Assembly: GCF_006345805.1 (NCBI RefSeq)
Contig: NW_021823662.1
Location: forward strand, 1 to 21,858
From: Octopus sinensis
Lineage: Eukaryota
Direction: 5' to 3'
DNA length: 21,858 bases
The notes under the pieces are model-generated. The model made no database searches. It saw only the letters and a list, made by a program, of their open reading frames with translations, and was not told the origin of the DNA. Shown one piece after another: positions 18,520 through 21,858 of the stretch. A program made the position numbers and the translations under genes. Every line of letters starts with the position of its first letter. The stretch's first letter is position 1.

Positions 18520-19050
18520 CGTTTCATAAAACGTCTGTTAGAGTTTAACAGTCACTTGGGCCGTATCCCTCGATGTTAGCTCTTCCGTGAAGTATAAATC
18601 GCAAAGTGTAGGATTTTTCACCCACTAACAAGAAACGTTAGTAAGTTCAAACCATCGTGAGATAGGTTAGTTTTACCCTACTGGTTGAGTATCGTTGCAA
18701 CAACAATTCTGCAAATTACGTAAATAATTGCAGAATCAGACATTTGGTTCATGCACTTGACTGAAAAGTCAGTGGTGTGAAACTATCGTTTGAAAGAGAA
18801 TAACTGAACGCCTCTAAGTTGGAATCTTGACTGGCTGCCACAATATTTTTCAAAGCTCTTGTATAGTAAATTTATGCTTTTATGCTGATACTGGCTTGGT
18901 GCCGTTAATAACACTAGAAACTGTTGTCACACCAGGTTGACTTGCATTCTCACTGAGCTTAGTGCTAAATTATATGAAACGACATATACTGGTATGGGAA
19001 CTGTACATACGAAAGCCACGTATAGTGGCGATCTACTTAGATCTATCTCT
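18520..19050 (+). pseudogene. Decayed 3'-terminal fragment of eukaryotic LSU (28S-like) rRNA
   Basis: Near matches to conserved LSU motifs: CTCGATGTTAGCTCTTCC, GGATTTTTCACCCACTAA, GGTTAGTTTTACCCTACTG, CAGACATTTGGT, ACTGAACGCCTCTAAGT, GCGATCTACTTAGAT. The sarcin-ricin loop reads ATTACGTAAATA instead of AGTACGAGAGGA. Boundaries approximate. Confidence 0.85.
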
Positions 19051-19406
19051 TTGTCTAAAATCTTTTAAGAATTAAGTTTTCTTTTCAAATGTAAGATAAC
19101 TTTAGCTACCCAAATTAAACGTTTCGAAAACACACAACTTCGTGAAAAACGTCCGCCACAAGTATCTTGGACTAATCGCCTATGTTACGATATTACCCTA
19201 TATATTCGGTGCAGACTGTCTCCAAAGCAACAATTCCGTCAATATGCACTAGAACTTTAAGGATCTGATCAATGCGACGTCGAAACTTGCTGCATGTTTC
19301 TTTTGGAGTTGCTCTTTTTCCTTTGTCGGTGATGTGACTTTTTCAGGCAATTTGCTTTAAAAAATTAAGAAAGCTTATTTACTCTACGTAATTTGAAAAA
19401 TTAATT

Positions 19407-19800
19407 GGTGTTTTTAAGACTTTAATTAGATCCACATATGGGGTATTAGTCGCCAACTTGAAGTTATGTTTCAGTCCACAGTTTTAATGAAATAACTTAA
19501 AGTTTTAGTCATTGAGTAGAAGCTCTATTAACACCAATCAAAATTTTGATAACATCAAAAAACATGAGATAGTTGTTGCTAAACACCCTTCAACATGCTT
19601 GATCGATATTTGTTCAAATTAGGCAGTTAGGACTCTACAAAGCAATTCTAGCCAGAGAACAACGGTATTTGAAAATTCTGTCATTTTATGATTCCCCCAA
19701 TAACTTAATCCCACCTTATGGCGTTTGATGTATTGTATATTAATATTCAATTTGTCAATTACACTTAAAGTCAACTTGTTAAGAGAAGATAGGTTTATTT
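19407..19800 (-). mobile_element. Fossil internal RT fragment of the R4-like family (homologous to about 6440-6855)
   Basis: VIDKLNINIQY..VVLWLELLCRVLTA versus VMDRWNVHLHY..FVLCLEPLSRVLTA. Nucleotide blocks such as GTAGAGTCCT(A/C)ACTGCC and AAGT(T/C)GGCGACTAA(T/C)ACCCC are shared. Confidence 0.8.
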
Positions 19801-19829
19801 TCACAGAAATACCGGACATAAAATTAAGG

Positions 19830-21858
19830 GCCAGTACTAGGCCTTACACACTAAGTCGTCCATGGCTATTTCCTTCTCTTGTCTAGAAACTCGACAAGGT
19901 CACCAATCATTGGAAAAGTTTTGTGAGAGTTCGGTATTTTCTCTCTCAGATTTACGCCAAAGGCCACCTTGTTTTTTCCAGTAGTTTTATAATTCTTCGA
20001 TTAGAATGGGACGAGATCTACCCTTTTCACCCCCTACAAGCACATGAAAAATAGCTACCCGGAAAATGAATAGCAAAGTCTCCTGTGGTAGGCAAAATAT
20101 TTTGGAAAGTCTGCCATATACACGTAAAACAATAATGTGCTGAGGACTGACCAGTGAGACACTCCCCTTTTTTGAAGAATGAATTTCGAATCCCGGCCAA
20201 GATACTTGACAAAAGAGTTTATCCCATTCAAAAAACTCATTAGCCATCCAGAGGTTTCTGCATCAATGTCACTATTTTCAAGATTTTCCAGCAAGACGGA
20301 GTGACCGACACCTTCGAAAGCCCTTGATACATCCAGACAGACAATACTGGTCGATTAACTAGAATCTCGTGCCTTAGATATTATCAAATTCCGCGGACAG
20401 ATGCAGTCAGCACAGGACAGGACGAAAACCCCACTGATCGTGAGAGACCCAGTGATTCTTTTCTATATCCAGTACTAATTTTCTATATTCAGTACTAGGT
20501 GATTTTCTCCAAATTAGGTTTATAGGCCTATAGCTCGAAGTATCTTTAGGCTTCTTAGGTTTTCGAACCATTCAAACTTCAGTTTTTCCATGATTTTCGA
20601 GGCTGGAATCAAAAAGGTTTGTGAGCAGAGGCACCAAAAAATTTGGTGTATGCTTGAAACAGGCCATTGGAATCTTGTCATACCCTGGGACCGGATTTTT
20701 GCTGCCCTTATTGCTTCCCGAGTCTCAGGCTCAGAAATCGGGTAACGTTTCAATCTGTTTGCGTAATCTGCTTTGGTAAGGAGGCATATGGATCTGCTTT
20801 TAAAACAACTGTGAGATATTGCGGAGGAATTCGGTAGTCCCCCCTTGGCTCGACAGGCATCCTCCCGGAAGTCGCGGACGAATTACTTCAGCCTTTGTTT
20901 TGGTTCCAGTTATTTTACTGTAAGCTGTTCAAAATTTAGGGTATTTTGGATGGAGCATTTTTGATTAGAGTAGCTAAGCACGTTCCTTTTCAATTTGAGC
21001 TGTATGACAGAGTGATTTTTCAATGGCACTTATTCTTTATTTTAAGTAGAGTTCTGTCCTAGGGATCCTAGCATCTTTTAAGCTTCGACATAAGTATTAT
21101 TTTTTAAAGACAATGCATTTTCATAGACCTCGGAACTATTTAGGATTTTCTGTTTTGAGTAGATTTTTGTCAGAGTAGTTCTCCACGAAGCTGCTCAACA
21201 GGCTTCTAACGTAGTCATCTGTTCTTTCTATTGCATTTTCATTTTCCTAGACAGTCAAACAGGAGTTTCCAAGTTCAGAGGAAATGAATAGTTTATAGAA
21301 GGCCCAGTCCGTTTTGCAATTCTATAGTGCAAAAAGATATCCTAAATTAATGTCGGATACAGTCGTTATCTGGGGGGCATGATCATTCCGATGTCTTTGA
21401 TTTTCCTCAGAGGTTCACATAAGAGCTTCAATGAAAGTGAAGTTAGGAACAGTCCTAAGAAATCATCTTCATGGCATGAAAAATGATTTGGCTCTTCCGA
21501 TGTCCAAACATCAAAACCAACTTGATCGGATATACCCCGCAGGATTTTTCCATCTCGGTTTTACGAGGGTGACCACAGGAAAGCCTTTTACACGGATTGG
21601 TAACAGCCCTTGCGTGGGAGCTCCACCATCTCCTGTAAGTATTGCTCTTTTTCGTTAGAGATTTAATGATTTCCGCCTCAATTGAGTGACCTGTCTATCG
21701 ACATATTGACTTCCTTTTTAAGGGGAACTTCATTTTGAGACGCTTGTCCTTCGTTGGTTTTTGCTCCGGAGTTGATTTTGAAACTTCTGGTGCTTTCAGA
21801 TCTATAGTCTCAGTCTGAGTATAGTTGTCATTATATTTTGAGTCCATAGGCTCATCCG
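19830..21858 (-). mobile_element. Heavily decayed APE-type LINE ORF2 (endonuclease remnant, linker, RT); continues beyond window end
   Basis: Minus strand in broken frames: ILTGD (about 21630), KTDWAFYK, REAIRAAKIRSQG, KPKDTSSYRPINL, HDQWGFRP, LDVSRAFEGVGHSVLLENL, GWLMSFL, GVSHWSVLSTLLFYVYMADFP. Clade not assignable. Confidence 0.8.

Noticed and set aside
18487-18524. 16-bp direct repeat ATTAGCGTATACGTTT at the start of the rRNA fragment as a TSD
   Set aside because: Both copies are on the same side, 22 bp apart, so this is a local duplication. No matching copy at the 3' end of the fragment.
19120-19300. HKYLGL..ILPYIFGAD, a possible plus-strand LINE RT remnant
   Set aside because: Only two short weak motifs, too little to support a feature.
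18520-19800. R4-like fossil sitting at its rDNA target
   Set aside because: The fossil is an internal fragment about 350 bp past the LSU 3' end, with no junction or TSD in rRNA sequence.

Overview
AT-rich eukaryotic genomic window with the standard genetic code, almost entirely a transposon graveyard. The host is not identifiable from sequence alone. It splices very short (about 24-30 nt) GT-AG introns, which suggests a genome-compacted parasite or protist (inference). In order: the 5' end of a spliced C2H2 zinc-finger gene on the minus strand (1-297); a CRE-clade-like RLE non-LTR retrotransposon with an N-terminal PHD finger and 11-bp TSD (1198-4348); an R4/Dong-like RLE non-LTR retrotransposon with 13-bp TSD (4826-8330) that appears to split an unknown gene; a near-intact ZNF862/Tip100-type hAT element (9713-12001, 17-bp TIR, 8-bp TSD) nested in the end of a CGGBP1-like hAT relic; a mosaic of HTH, integrase and RT fragments (12785-13507); a Ginger2/Tdd-like DNA transposon (14493-16073, TGT..ACA ends, 5-bp TAATA TSD) whose retroviral-type integrase gene is split by four 24-28-nt micro-introns and carries a 106-bp retroposed insert; a DD34E Tc1 (16919-18337); a decayed 3' LSU rRNA fragment (about 18520-19050); a fossil second R4-like copy (about 19407-19800); and a decayed APE-type LINE (about 19830 to the window end). 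The most interesting system is the micro-intron-bearing integrase transposon family. Four ends in the window share an architecture of two 17-bp boxes plus a terminal hexamer, and all abut TAWTA. All assignments come from manual motif reading; no database searches were run.
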